NCBI GenBank assembly: GCA_010093705.1
Contig: MU006094.1
Location: 110,020 to 174,019, forward strand
DNA length: 64,000 bases
Reading direction: 5' to 3'
Source of the DNA: Patellaria atrata CBS 101060
Taxonomy: Eukaryota
Part shown: piece after piece, positions 26,601-40,375 of the stretch
Numbering within the stretch: position 1 is the first letter of the stretch
Layout: the number at the start of each line of letters is the position of its first letter
Position numbers and translations under genes: made by a program
The notes under the pieces: generated by a model
What the model saw: the letters and a program-made list of their open reading frames with translations, nothing else
What the model was told of the DNA's origin: nothing
Database searches by the model: none

Positions 26601-26702
26601 CCGAGCGCTCGATCTTTAGTTCCCATCCAACCTGGGGAAAACCGGGAAACCGGAGGATTTTGAGGCTGGGAATAGATTTTCGCCGGCGAGCTACAAAGTG
26701 AG

Positions 26703-26706
<4 letters not shown>

Positions 26707-26733
<27 letters not shown>
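26707..26733 (+). repeat. (GAT)9 microsatellite
   Basis: Nine perfect GAT units, read directly. Confidence 0.95.
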
Positions 26734-29700
26734 CGGCTCACGTTTGATCTACCATCTGATCGTTGAATCGCATCATAAAATCTCCAGATATAGCCTGTCA
26801 AAGAAAGGGTGTGCTAATTTCTTACACAGTCCCCTTAGTCGCGTTCACCACCATTTTCCTTCAATAATCATTTTTACCAGCATCTTCCCGTAGACGTACA
26901 GTAGTCAGAGAGCATCATGAGCAACCTCTTCTTGCAGAACTCCTGACAGATAACGTCTGTTATCCCCCAGAGCTTGGCATTATTCAATTATCCAGCCTAC
27001 CATAAATGATATAGGCTGGCTCGTGCGGCAACGCTGTCCGCTTTCCGAAGCCACAGCTACCGAGAGCCTGGACTCCTCTCTGCTGGATTGATGAGGAGAG
27101 GAAAAGTACGAAGGAAATAGTTAGGAGGATGCCCGAATGTCTGGAGTTAAGTTCAGGCAAAAGTATTAAGTTTCTTTCCTACGGTCTGCGTATGCGGATC
27201 TTTTATGCAACCTGCAGAGTTAATTAGCTAAAGGTTACTCTGTACAGTTGTGCGAAAGGGGAGATTCAAGTTTTTGCGAGTGCGCAGGCAAGATCGTGCG
27301 AAGCGAAGATCCTTCCTGCATTCAAACCTACGTAAACTTTCAACACCATGGCTTGAACGCACATGTGAGGCGGATGTGCAGCTTGCGCTTCATGAGCCTT
27401 CATCATGGATGTCATCCTCAAGATTTGTCCAAAAGAATATCAAACTTGTGATAATCGGGACTCCCACATCGCCACAATCCCGCAACCAACACCCTCGCTT
27501 TGGGCCCTTGTTAAGACTCGTTGACCGCTCTTTCAGTCTTTCTAAACACCTCGTAAAACTTCGCCGACTCTGTTCAAGCAATTTTTCGAGCCTATCGAAT
27601 GAGCCCACACTCGCATTCCGAATTTGCGATGCTAGTTCAAAAGACAAGAACTGAGTGAGACGAACTCATGGTCCAAGGGGTTAGGTCCTTTCAACAGTTC
27701 CTCCATAACATGTCTCAAGAACCCTTACGAACATGAAGAACATAGAATTCTTAATGACGATCATGATAATTGTGATTTCAATGCGTAATGAACCCACAGT
27801 CGTCACCATCAACAAAGTCGGCGAGCAATGAGCATACATCAGAAATCTAATACGGTCCTGAATTGATACGTAAAATATCAAAAGCAAAAGGATGAACGAA
27901 TCCCACATCAGCAGCAAAAAAAAAAAAAATGATAGGATTCGGACGACTACTGTACAGTACATACAAGGTATCTTGCAGGTACCCTTATCTCTGAATGGGC
28001 TTGAATTGTTTCATGGAAACGTTTTTCATCACCTTACAGTAAGGTACATGTTTCATGCAATCACTGCATTAGCGAGCCTTGGGATCATGTCCATTCTTAA
28101 TTCCCCTTTATGCAAGCTCCTCTTTCCATTTTCTCCAAGAGTTCAAAACTGACAAACTCCAATCGTGGTCCAAGGGGTCTTAATAATAATAGCACTATCT
28201 AGTCGAGATATCGACGAGCCGTTCCGCCCAGGCGCTCTGCATACCCTTCCGCTAGCCGATATAATCTTGCGTGCTGTATCAAAATCTTTGACATATCAAT
28301 CCGAACTTTTCCCCCCACCGGTATCGCGTCCAGGGTCCTTCGACATAGTACCTCACTATATTGCCCGAGTGTGTCATCTAGGTGCAATTCCAAGGCTCCT
28401 TTAACATCCCGCCAACTTACAGCACCCGATTTTCTACGGTCGTTAGCGCATCCTACAGGCACGGTTCAGCGCAAAAATACAGCCAGTTATTCATCCAGAA
28501 CGTTCTCCTTCTTGATACCGGATTGGCTTAATTCTGAAACGAAGACGTGATTAAGTTAGACAGGAATGCTAACGACCGTAGACAAACGAGTGCTGTATTT
28601 GGACCTTTTTCATCAATGATCTCAACCAGTTGAGAGCTCCTCTTTGCCCCGCCACGCGATTCGTATCGTGAAGTGGGAACAGTGGGCACGAGTGGTCGTG
28701 AGGACAATGGATTCACTAATATCCTACTTAGTTATCGGGCGAACTACGAAGGGATCATGTATTGCTATCGCTCCACCACTACTATATCCAACACGCAGAT
28801 CTTATTATTGCGGGACTGGTAGGGGAAAGTTTTTCAAGGTCTCATTCGTACTCTTGACTCTTGATGCAATTTCACACATCGTATCTCTCACAATCAGTTC
28901 TGTTTCTCTCACAAAGTCCACCCCACTCCTATCCAAGTCCTTGCACCCTTCTATGTCTCACAATTTCCGGCTGCCTCGCCGACAAGCTTCCCCTGTATTA
29001 CCGTCTGTCCCATTGGCTTCATATTTTCATCAATATCCCCAAAGTCGGAGCCATTTCAGACCACGTATTTGCGGTTGAGGGGAACGTGCAAGTTCCCAAG
29101 TAGAGGAATCCTCCCTCAGTCAATCTATTAAGGTTTTCGGAGACCGTTTCAACTGCGGGAGCGTTTGATGCAGCTCGCCTCGCAGAGACCCCTGTGGCAA
29201 GTGCATGAGCTTAAGGTCACGTTGTTTGGGGATGTACGATCCAGATGTCCGAAGATTGGTACACTTTGCTCCCCATATTGTCACACTGGAATGGTCTCTC
29301 AACTGAAAATTCGCAAACTCTGTCGTCGAACAGATAACCGCCGATGTTTCTAAGTGAGACCCACAAAGGGATTTCGTATCGAAAATTCGCCTCTCATATC
29401 TTGATTGAGGACCCGTAATCCCTCTCGAGGAGCAGAAGCCGTTCCGTATGCCGTTTCGCCCACTTTATTTCACTTTCTTTAGTCACATACTGTTTCCTTT
29501 GTAACACTCCGGTTTCTTTCGCCACCGTACGCACTGCAGCTAGGGAAACCGGCAGAAAATTCTTACTACGAGATTTGCACCGCTACGTGCAGAACTACAA
29601 AGAAGTGGGGATTCTTCTCACTTACGAGTGCAAAGTAAACTACTTAGCGGTAGCGTGGAGAATTTTGTCTTTCAGTAAGTTGATCATCATCAATTTCAAG

Positions 29701-31384
29701 TAGTGTCTCCTCGATGGTCGTGGTTGAGATTCTTGGGCCACTGTACACTTGCTGTACGGATAATGACAAACTTGCAAAATGTCCCCGCGACAAGTTCCCA
29801 GTTTGCCGTACGGATAAGTCGAAACTTGTATCAGTTGTAAGAGTACAGTAAGCTCGATTATTATTGCATAGAGGACTTCGTCTTTCAGTGACCATATTTT
29901 CTCACATTTTAAGCGCACTCCCTCTTCAGTCGTGGCCAATACTACAATAATGTGTACGTTTTCTCCACAGATCATGTCGAACCCGTACATTTTCTCCGCA
30001 ACAAGATTTCATTTCCTCGTACGGATAAGTCAGAGCTCTTTACAATCGTGTATGTCCAATACATCAGGATAATATAGCGTAGTAGATTCTGTTCTCCAGC
30101 ATGCAAGGCAATTTTCATCTCAAATATTTATTTCTCCTTCGTTGTGGTCAACACCTTACCGCAACCGTGCGCTCGTTATACAGGTAGGACAAAACTGTCA
30201 CAAGTTTGCTCGGTACAGAATTTCATTTTTCCTTGAGATTGAGTCGAAGTCTTCTTAGTTTAAGGGAGCAAAACAAAGGTAGCATGTCGGCGCGTAGATG
30301 ACTACCCCCTTTCAGTAAACAATATCACTATCAACTGCAGAAATCTTCTCCTGTCACCGCCGGTACTCTTCAGTCACTAGACGTATACATGGTAGCAAAC
30401 GACCGAATTCGGTTGCAACGGGTTTTGAATGAGCCATACGACCGACTCAAAGTTCCCGAAGTAAAACAAGCTATGGAATGTGTCAATAAAGAAATGATGT
30501 TCTTAACTCTGTAAATATAGCTACAACAGATAAAGAGATATGCACAACCACACACGTATCTCAAACTAAGATACCCCTCCACGTAAACAGAGGTCAACAG
30601 AATCCCCAGACAAGCCGGAGGTGATCGTAGATCACTTGTGCGTACTCGACACGATTGGGCCAGAGAGAGCGGCATTGCATCATATATCGTACGACTAACC
30701 CGAGAACCCTTAATCAAGGAGGAATTCTGTCTTGTGAGTATGGCGGATGCGCTCGGGAACGCATCCTCGGGTTCGGGTTCTTTGCATGCTTCTATGCTCA
30801 TTGTTTTGAGACATATTTTGTAGACACCCCACAGTAGTAGTGGTGAGATTCAGTTTTGGTGAAGTGCAGACGGGCGCTTATGTGTCGTCGATCAGGAGTG
30901 TGATGGTGTGGCATGGGATGTGCGTGGTGTCACATCACATCTTTCTGCATACGTGCTGCAGTATGAACGGTGGGAAAGAAAATAAGCAGAAATTGAAAAT
31001 AGAGGAATTACAAAGAATACATCTTTCGAGAAGTTTTATTAAGAAGAAGTTTGTGAAACCGTATTTAGACTTTTACACGGCCTTGGACGTTCGAGAGTCC
31101 GGTAGAATATCATTTAGTCTTCGCAGTAATAGATGAATGAAGGGTAACTTTTCAGTCGATAATATGGTATCGAAGCTGAAATACGAGTGTTCAAATCGCT
31201 ACAGGAGCGTGATTCCCGACTTGAGGAGAAACTGTCTTCGTCCATTATGAAGTTCTGATAATCCACTGGAGAAAAATCTTTATACTATACACGACTATTT
31301 CACGCTCTCGACACGCTGAAAGCATGATACAATCACACACTCACCTCGCTCATACCACGATACGAATATACACTCAGCAACCGC

Positions 31385-33259
31385 TCACCTTAACTCCACC
31401 CCCAGATCCTCCGTCAATCTCTTCCTCAACTTTTCATGCAACGCATTAACCTCCTCAGCCGTGAACGTCCTCTCCAAACTACGATAATTGACCCTATAAC
31501 ACAAGCTCTTCCTCCCGGTCTTGGGGTGGACAAACTCATCCACAAGTCTCACGTCCTCGACCGCACTGCCCGCAACCTCCCTCACAACTTCCATAACATC
31601 GTTCTCGTGGAACTGCCTCGGCACTCCGCTCGTAGCGGGGAGCTGCCCACCCGCCGGAGACGTGGTAGATGGGAGCCAAAACGCAACATCTCGGGGAGCA
31701 GCAGGATACTTAGAGAAAGACTGAAAGCGCTTGACGTCCCACATCATCCCACTTTCCTCCCCCTTTCCATCCGGTTCCTTGAACTGCGACAGGAACCGCG
31801 CGTCTTTGCTCCAGAATAGCCTGATATCCGGGATGTCGAACAACAACATCGCGATGCGCTCGAGGCCGAGCCCGAACGCCCACCCCACCCTCTCCGGCAC
31901 GCCCGCATCGATCAAAATGTCCTGCTTCGTGACGCCGCAGCCGAGGACCTCGAGCCAGTCGCCTTGCCAGAAGACCTCGAGCTCCCAGGACGGCGAGGTG
32001 AAGGGGAAGAAAGCCTCGACCCAGCGCACGCGCAGCGGCTCACGGGAAGCTGTTTCGTCGGTCCCCGCGGCGGCGCGCTGGGCGTGGGTGAAGATCTCGA
32101 CGACGACGAGCTCGAGACTGCGCTTCAGGTGTGCGGCTATGGCTTCGACTTCCTCCGGCGAGTGGTGCGCTCGCTGCAGAGGGTTGCGCTCGGGGTGGAT
32201 CGTCGGGTTCGGGTCTTCGACGTCGATGTCGTGTTTCGGTAGCGCTTCGACATCGGCCCAGATGGCGTCGGCGAGGGAGACGTAGGGGCTGAAGTTACGG
32301 CGATCCCATGTCTGTGCGCCCTCCATCTGGTGGAAGACGGGGTAGTGGCTCCGGTCTACGGCGTCGCGGCGGTACACGTCGGCGGAGATGAGGTAGCCGG
32401 CGCTCTCGTTGGCACGGAAGGTGTCGGCTTCGTGGGCGGAGGTGTGGGTGCGGAGGACGGTGTCCTTGTTTATGTAGTAGGTGTCTGAGGGGGCGCGGCC
32501 GGGGTGGTCTGGAGCGAAGCCTAGGGAGTCGAAGTTTTGGTGCACCGAGACCACTGGGAAGAGGGCGTTATGGCGTTTGTGGTCTGGGAAGCGGGATTCG
32601 ATTATTTGGCGGGTGATGGATAGGGGATGGTCTTTTTGCAGATGGAGGCGGCGGGGAATGTTGGCGAGGATGGCCGGAGGTGTGTTCATGTGCGAGTCGA
32701 GGGGGTAGGTACGGCCTTCTATAGTGATGGTTTTGGGAGGTGACTCCTTTGCTGTGATGCATTAGGATGTTTTGAAGCGATCACTTTTTATTGCTCTGGT
32801 GAAAGATGATGGAAAATATATGATCCCTAGGATGAGCTCAATCTCTTGATGAATGGGTAACTAATGAAAAAAGCCGCTTGTAGAGAATAGTTGAAACTAC
32901 TCTGTATTAATAGAATAGACATCTGAAATGACAGAGATATTCGAAGACATGATGAAAGTAGGGAGCGAAACAATGACTCTAGGATGGAATCACGAATTTT
33001 TGATGTTATCAACAGAACTTCAGTAAACAAATGGAAGCGGCTTTAGAATTAGACAAAAGAGATATATGGTCTTTTCTATCGTATTTGTGATTGATAATGA
33101 ATCTAACTGATAATGAATCTAACTGACAATGACTTTACTGAATAGTAGATATTTTTGCTTACCAGAGTAATATCGTCGCCATTGAGCTCCCACGGTCCGA
33201 CTCTGCTTCGATCTACACAACGTACAGACAAACCCACTCGATCGGACCGAAACCCGCAT
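31385..33259 (-). CDS. MSF1: Mitochondrial phenylalanine--tRNA ligase
   Basis: Exon 1 33259-33163 encodes an Arg/Ser-rich presequence (MRVSVRSSGFVCTLCRSKQSRTVGAQWRRYYS), followed by a 411-nt intron. Motifs LRTHTSAH, YRRDAVDRSHYPVFHQME, FPFTSPS, GWAFGLGLER, and a C-terminal anticodon-binding domain. Confidence 0.95.
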
Positions 33260-33505
33260 CCTTTCTGATGATACCGACTATGCCGGTTAATCAATTCTGG
33301 CAATCCGCAAGTTCTCTGATGATTTGCATGCAAAGATTGAGGCTCCCCTGCCAAGCGAAGTCCCGTTTAGTCACGGTCGGGAGCAAAATCTACCTCCGCA
33401 CTCTCCGCCGGCTACGACTTCAAAACCAAGGCCGTACGAACGGACAAGTACCACACAGTTCACGTGGCCCCAGTTCCGCAAAGCTCCCAGCATGAGCCCT
33501 GAGTT

Positions 33506-34575
33506 ATGTCGGCTTCAGACAAAGAGGTGAGGAAGGATAAGAGCGTCCGAAAGGGCCCTATCCACTATCCTTTCTGGTTTGGAGGCTCGGCTTCGTGTTT
33601 CGCGGCTTGTGTCACACATCCGCTTGATCTCAGTAAGTCTTTTATGCCATTGAGGATTGACAATATATGCTAACTGTTTGGCAGTAAAGGTACTACTTTT
33701 GCTCGAGCTGGTCGACGCGTTTTAGACTTACAAACATCAGGTCCGACTCCAAACTCAGCATCATGGCGAACGACGGAACATGGCACAGATGTTCGTGCAT
33801 GTCGCGAAAAGCGATGGTTTCCTAGGTTTATACAAGGGCGTACGTCAATAGTGATTATTTGTGAGTCTCCGAAGATGTTAACCGGTCTTAATTGCAGCTA
33901 TCCGCCTCTCTACTCCGCCAATTAACCTACAGCACCACGCGGTTTGGTGTTTATGAAGAGCTCAAGGAAGTCTTCACCTCTGCCCGTTCCCAACCATCCT
34001 TCATGGGTCTCGTTGCCATGGCCTCGACATCTGGCTTCCTTGGTGGGATTGCCGGTAATCCCGCTGATGTCTTGAACGTCCGTATGCAGCACGATGCCTC
34101 GCTGCCAGCCGCAGAAAGACGGAATTACAAACATGCGATTGATGGATTGATAAGGATGTCAAGGGAAGAAGGTTGGCAGTCGCTGTTTCGTGGCGTGTGG
34201 CCTAACAGCGCGAGAGCAGTTCTCATGACAGCCTCTCAGCTAGCCTCCTACGATGGCTTCAAGCGGATACTACTGGCCAATACCTCGATGCAGGATAACC
34301 TAACTACTCACTTTTCGGCTTCATTCCTCGCGGGATTCGTCGCGACAACGATATGCTCGCCCGTCGATGTCATTAAAACTCGCGTCATGAGCGCGAAGGA
34401 TAAAAAGCCCTTGCCAGCCTTGATTCTGGATATCTATAAGGCTGAGGGCTGGCGATGGATGTTCCGCGGATGGGTCCCAAGTTTTATGAGACTTGGTCCG
34501 CATACCATCGCTACGTTTATATTCTTGGAACAACATAAGAAGATCTATCGCAAGTTACGAGGCTTTGATTCGTAA
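33506..34575 (+). CDS. DIC1: Mitochondrial dicarboxylate carrier
   Basis: HYPFWFGGSASCFAACVTHPLDL-I-K-VRLQ (includes a 5-nt microexon), LLRQLTYSTTRFG, NPADVLNVRMQ, SPVDVIKTR. Three carrier repeats. Confidence 0.93.
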
Positions 34576-35094
34576 ATATGACAGAAACACATACCCCTAG
34601 TTTTATCTTTTGGATTTGCTTGTATGGAAATGTCATGATGTCGAGCATTTACTGGTGTTGGCGGTCTTCTCTTAGTCTTGAAGTACATAGAGTAGAAGTT
34701 TTGACCTTGGAATCTGTAGAATAGTCTTATACCATTGTGGTTTATGATTAGAATACTCCCTTTTTGTCCATGCTTTTCTTTTTAATTCACATTTTATTAC
34801 GTTTAAATCACACTCGAGTTGTCGTTGTACATATCAATGACCTACACTAGATTTCACAAAAGCTCGTTGAGATATCGCATTGGATTGGATTGGTCACTTG
34901 TGATCTCGTTAGAATTTATCGGTATTTTAAGAAATTGTTCGAAATTAAAGAGCTGTGTTGTTCCTTGGTCGCCCATTACCATCTATATCAATATAAAAGG
35001 GACTATGATTCTTATACCCCCCTCTTTTCAGTCTATCATTCAGTCCTTCTAGATCCTATTATTTCTCATGGACACTGTCTTGATCCAATATCCC

Positions 35095-36928
35095 TTAAGC
35101 TCCCGCAGCCGCCGCCATAAAGAGTTTCTCTTTCTTCAACAACAGCGAACAAACCATCATCAAGGCTCCGGCCGCAATGACCAGGATATACCCATCCGCA
35201 ATAGCCTTAACGATCGCATCCACAGCCCTTGCCTTCGTCTCCTCGCTCGCTCCCTCGAATATCGCGCTCTTGGCTCCAGCTAACGCAGCATGTATCTCTT
35301 CACCAGAGAAACCCTGCCCCGCCAACGCACTCGAAAGATGTTTATAGCCAATGTTCTGAAACACCGTGCTAGTGATCGTCAAACCGATCACGATGGATCC
35401 GATCTGCGCCTGATTGATGAACCCGATCGCATCCCCTATCCTCTGCATGCCGACTTTCGCTGGCGCGATCGAGTACGCGGCTTGCTGCACGATGCCCGTG
35501 CCGAAGCCGATCAAAATCGTGTACCCGTAGATGGCGCCGTTGGAGGTCGCGGCATCGGAGACGTACATGAGCGAGCCGCCGACGAGGATGAAGATGGAGC
35601 TGAGCAGGTACCAGGGGGCGTAGTAGCCGTATCTGGGCATCAGCAGGCCGTTGGCCATGGTGCCGGTGATGTTGAGGCAGATGAAGGGGAGAAGGCGAAC
35701 GGCGGCGTCGATGGCGGAGTCGTTGTGCACGAATTGGAAGTATAGTGGGATGTAGTAGATCGGGATGAACAGCCCGCCGTTGGCTGCTGAGGTGACAATG
35801 TACAGCAGTACCATGGAACGCGATTTGAGGAAGTCTCCCGGGAAGAGTCGGTCAGATATGGTGGTGAAGAGGGGGAGGTATTGTTGGATGCTGAATAGGA
35901 TGATCGTCACACCGAAGAACACGAAGGTGATGATCGTCCGGTGGTCGTCCCAGGTCCATTGCGCACCGCCGAAGGTGAAGACAAGCACGAAGCAGGCGTA
36001 GAGAGCGGCGTTCAGTACTACCCCCACCCAGTCCATGTGCTTCAATTTTTGGCCGGTTGGAAGGTCCGGACGCGGGTTTAGCGGTTTGATGAGGAAGACC
36101 ATGATGGGGCCGATGACACCGAAGATGATGAGGTTGATGTAGAAGGCCTGGATAGGGGGTTAGTAAGGTTCTGAGAAGGAGGAGGGAAGGCAGCGAACCC
36201 ATCGCCACGTTGCGCTGCTATCCGCGAAGGAGCCACCGATTACGGGACCCAGGATACATCCGACGCCCCAGGTCAGGCCGAGGATACCCACATACAGCGC
36301 TCGCTCAAACTCGGTGGTATTGTAAGAGATAATATTCAACGCACTGAACCGCAGTCAGCATCATCCCTCACTATAACCCCAAAACCACAAAATCCAGGAA
36401 CACTCACCCCAAATACATCCCCGCACCCCCTGCGCCCGCCCACACCCGCCCCACAATCAACGCCTCCATGGTCGGCGCACCGCCGCATAGCGCGCTCCCG
36501 GCCGAGAACATCACCACGCTCCCGACGAAGAGCGCCTTGATGTCGAACATGCTGAAGGCCTTGCCCAGGCTCAGGATCGTGGCGATGGAGCCGAGAGGGA
36601 AGCCGATGCCGAGCCAGCCCAGCTTCTCGACCGAAGCGTAGGTTTCGAGCACCGCGGCTTGCACGTCTGCCACGATGGTGTTGTCGAGGCCGTAAAGGAA
36701 GGCAGAGGCGTAGACAGCGAGGAGCACGAGGAACCAGTGGAGGGGGGTGTAGGGGCGTTGGGAGGGGGTTGGTTGAGGGGGGTCTTGGGGGGTTGGGGAG
36801 GCCTTTTCGGGATCCTTGAGGGAGGGGGGTGAGGAGATGATGTGGTGGTTTTGTTTTGTTTGTTCTTTTTCTAGGGAGATGAGTGAGGTGTGGGAGGTTG
36901 AGGTCGAGCGGGTTAGGGGTTCCGCCAT
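35095..36928 (-). CDS. MFS drug:H+ antiporter (DHA2/14-TMS family)
   Basis: LYGLDNTIVADVQ, motif-B-like GRVWAGAG, WRWAFYIN, YYIPLYFQFV, many hydrophobic helices. Two introns. Confidence 0.9.
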
Positions 36929-38336
36929 TCTGGGTGTTAGTGCTATGGATAGCGGTCTGTGGTGTCTGGGTAGGAGGTTCGACGGTCCTATAGTGTCTGA
37001 TTGTTTAGCTACAATTCACTCTTCCAATTCTCCTTCTCGTAGGTACGGTATATAAGAAGCCCAATCTTCAAACAATACCGATATCTCAAACTCACAATTC
37101 CGATCTCAGACCAGCACACAACGAGGTACCACAGGTACACCTATATACCCACCATTCCCTTTCTTTGACTGATCTATATTCCCCATCCCTTCCACATTGT
37201 CAGCAAACCGGGAGCCCAAAGAAGTCCCCAATTAGCAACCAGACGCCCTAAAGGTGGCAAAGACTAATCCTAAAGCCGACCATAAACAGCGACCTTTTCG
37301 AGAAGCAAAGGGCACCATACGAGAAGGACCGGCATCGTTGAGGCTATTTTGCTTATGGAGACACCAAATAAGTTCACCGAATGTTGCGACACTCGCATTC
37401 GCATTCGCACCGTGAGTCTCGCTTACAAATTCGATCTTCAGAAGGTCTTGGTATTAAGCATTTCTCCGGTTTGTCGTTGTTGGTTATCATTTCGTGTCAT
37501 TGTGTATCGCTATATCCTGTGCGATCACTCATCATCAATCCATCCTAGTGTTAAGGAAATATTACTCGATTGGGTAAAAGGGCTATTTTTGAGTCGTGGT
37601 TGGTTTTTTATCTACTTGATCTGGTTATCTCCGCTATGACCGTGCGAGTAACTTCCCACTCCACAGTGCTAAAACAGCGAGGAGAACACGAGTGGTTGGA
37701 GTTGAGGAAATTTGGAGCGGATGACAAGTAATCTGTGCGGTTTGGGATGGGGTGCTTAGAGGTTGTAGAGAGGGTTTTGCAGGTGTGATCAGTAAACATG
37801 ATGAGCGGGTTGCTTATGCGGGATGAGTAGAGTCATAAGGAATTAGGGACGATATGGGGGATTTGTAATGAGATGGTACAAGGTGGAATATATTCCGGGT
37901 TTTCCTGTTCTGTTCTATTCTATTCTGCATCATTGGGTTGTTGCCTTGAAAAGGTTTTTTTTTAAAAAAAAAAATACTTACAAAACCGGTTTGAACCATT
38001 TTATGACATCCCCCATATCATATCTAGAAACGAACAAGATATAGAACTATATCAGACTGACTTCCATAACGTTTTGCTGCAGAAGGTCGGTTGGAGTAAA
38101 AGTAGACGTCTCACTACTCACCCGAAGTTCTTGTTTGAAAGAGATACATTATGCATTAACTTCTAATTGGAACGATACCTGTACGTTCCGCTACCAACAA
38201 CCATTACTACTATCTCCCTCCTCAATCCAGAGTACCTGGGAAACAAAGGCCCTCGTCTCCCACCCCCCTTCCCCCCTCAGTCCTCTGCACCCTCCTTCCT
38301 CTAGGAGAATCCCGCTCCATCTAAATCTACCCGATC

Positions 38337-40375
38337 CTAATTCCCCGCCCACCACGTATAATTCCCCGTCTCCTCCGGCGTATCAAACACCAACTTACTA
38401 CTACTATCTCTCGGTCTCCCCGGCCACACACTCCCCACCCCCATCCAGACCTCCACGCCCTCCACCACCGCCTCAACGCCCTCCCCAACAAACACCCCGA
38501 ACACCGTGCTGGCCAACATACTCGGATACACGCGCATGGTCATGGCAAAGCGACCGTTGACGTATACCTCTACCAAGCTACCGTCGACGAAGACGGTCCA
38601 GGCGATGGGCTCGGGGCAGCCGGCCACGGTGTACGGCTTGAAGTACCCGGTGAACGAGGTGGCGGCGTACTCTTCTATGAGGGAACTGTGGGTGCGGTCG
38701 AAGAGGACGGTGTGGTTGGATGGGTCGTAGGTGATATGGGTGTATTCGTCGCACTCGGGGGATGCGGCGATGGTCAGGCCGACGGGGCCGTTCGTGCTGA
38801 TCACTGTGGCCGTGAGCATGTAGTGGTCGCCTGCGTCGCCTAGCATGGTGGTTTCGCAGTACGGACCCGTAAAGGTCTGTTGCTCGCTGTCGGCGCGGAT
38901 GGCGTCGACTACTTCGGGTAAAGGGACGACCCCGAGCGTGTATGCAGTGTAGGAGCCGTTTGGTTGTTGTCGGTAGATGATGTTTCCTGGTTGATCCAGG
39001 TCGCTGTTTTTGACGGTAACGCCTACGGTTTTGTGGACGTACAAATGACGAGGTAGAGCTAAGGCGCCTTGGTAGCCGTTTTGAGTAATCCCAAAGCCAT
39101 TGTTGCTCTCCGGTGCCCATCCCCACTGGACACGACGGTTGTCATTCTTTACGTCGAGGAAGGAAGTCAGGGCATATAGGATTCCCCAATCCGCAGCGCC
39201 GCCCGCTGTTGGTACGTATTTCCAGCCACGGTCATCCACGAGTGAGACGTCGCCAAAGTGCCAAAGAGCCCAATGATCATCCTGGTGAAAAGGCACATTG
39301 CCCCCTTCGGTGCCCATATTTGTAACGAAGAATACTTCACCGTCATCATCCGTGATGGAGAAGAAGCCCGAGACTTCAAAGTTGAAGCCGTAAGTCCCAG
39401 TCTCTAACAATGATCCGAGAGACCCATTGATCTCAGGCTCCCAGACGGAACCAAGGAACGTCCAGTTCGTCAACTGGTCCGAATGAGCGCTGTAAATCGG
39501 CATGCGCGGGGCCTCTCCCCTGATACCAGAGCCAAAGACAGTGTAATAATGTGGTAAATGATTTGTTGCGATTATCTCATCCAGTTCCGGCCAAGGCTGG
39601 ACGAAGGGATCGCGCCAGCCGGTGATATTCCAATCTTCTGGTGGGTCAGAAAGATAGGGGTTGCCTTCCCATTTCTGCCATGTTATGCCCCCTGAGCTGT
39701 CAGTATGGCTCTCCTCATATATCGATATTGGACTCACCATCTGAAGAAGTAGCTATACACTGCTTCTCTGTCCCAGGGATATAAGGGATGCTCCAACCCG
39801 TGGGGAGTTCAGACACACAAGTGTAATACACAGTCAGAGTCCCATCCGTAGTGCCATTGAGGTTGACAGGCTGGCCTGTACCGGAGAACACTCCAAGGTC
39901 ATCGTATGAGCCCTTGGGACCGGGTCCAAGTGATTGAGCTTCGTCGTCTTTCCATCCACCAATATCGGTCCAGGTTATCATGTCTTTAGACGTGGCATGA
40001 CCCCAGGAAATATTTCCTTCAGAAGTTAGCTAAGCTATTCACTCCACAGTGTAATTCCAGGTACCCCAATTGACGTGGTTCGGATGCCACTGATAATGTA
40101 GGTGGTAGAGATCTCCCTGTGGATCGTACATTGCAGCACAAGGGTCCTAATAAACACGTTCAGTTCTCCTCTTTGAACGGAAATGAGTTGGGGGGGGGGG
40201 GGGGAAGTACATTCATCCATCCAGCAGGTGCCTGGAAATGATAGATCGGTCTCCATCTTGTGAACAAACTATTATTGCCCATAGCTGAGATGGACTCCGC
40301 AGTCAAGACCGCCTGGCCATTGACTACAGTCACCATTGCCCCGAACACGAGGCTCGCGAACTTGAACGATACCAT
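38337..40375 (-). CDS. Secreted GH32 beta-fructofuranosidase / fructosyltransferase
   Basis: Signal peptide MVSFKFASLVFGAMVTVVNG; nucleophile motif WMN/DP split by an intron; FSGT, WRDPF, NFEV; C-terminal beta-sandwich VDGSLVEVYVN. Confidence 0.93.

Noticed and set aside
30370..30801. Possible HET-domain relic (YLSLRYVCG resembling YxALSYVWG)
   Set aside because: No downstream WIDAICIxQ or QV..M motif in the frames I read, so the similarity is probably chance.
37955..37974. T9-A11 palindrome; also the G-run at ~40189-40204
   Set aside because: Simple homopolymers, one intergenic and one intronic, with no further supporting structure.
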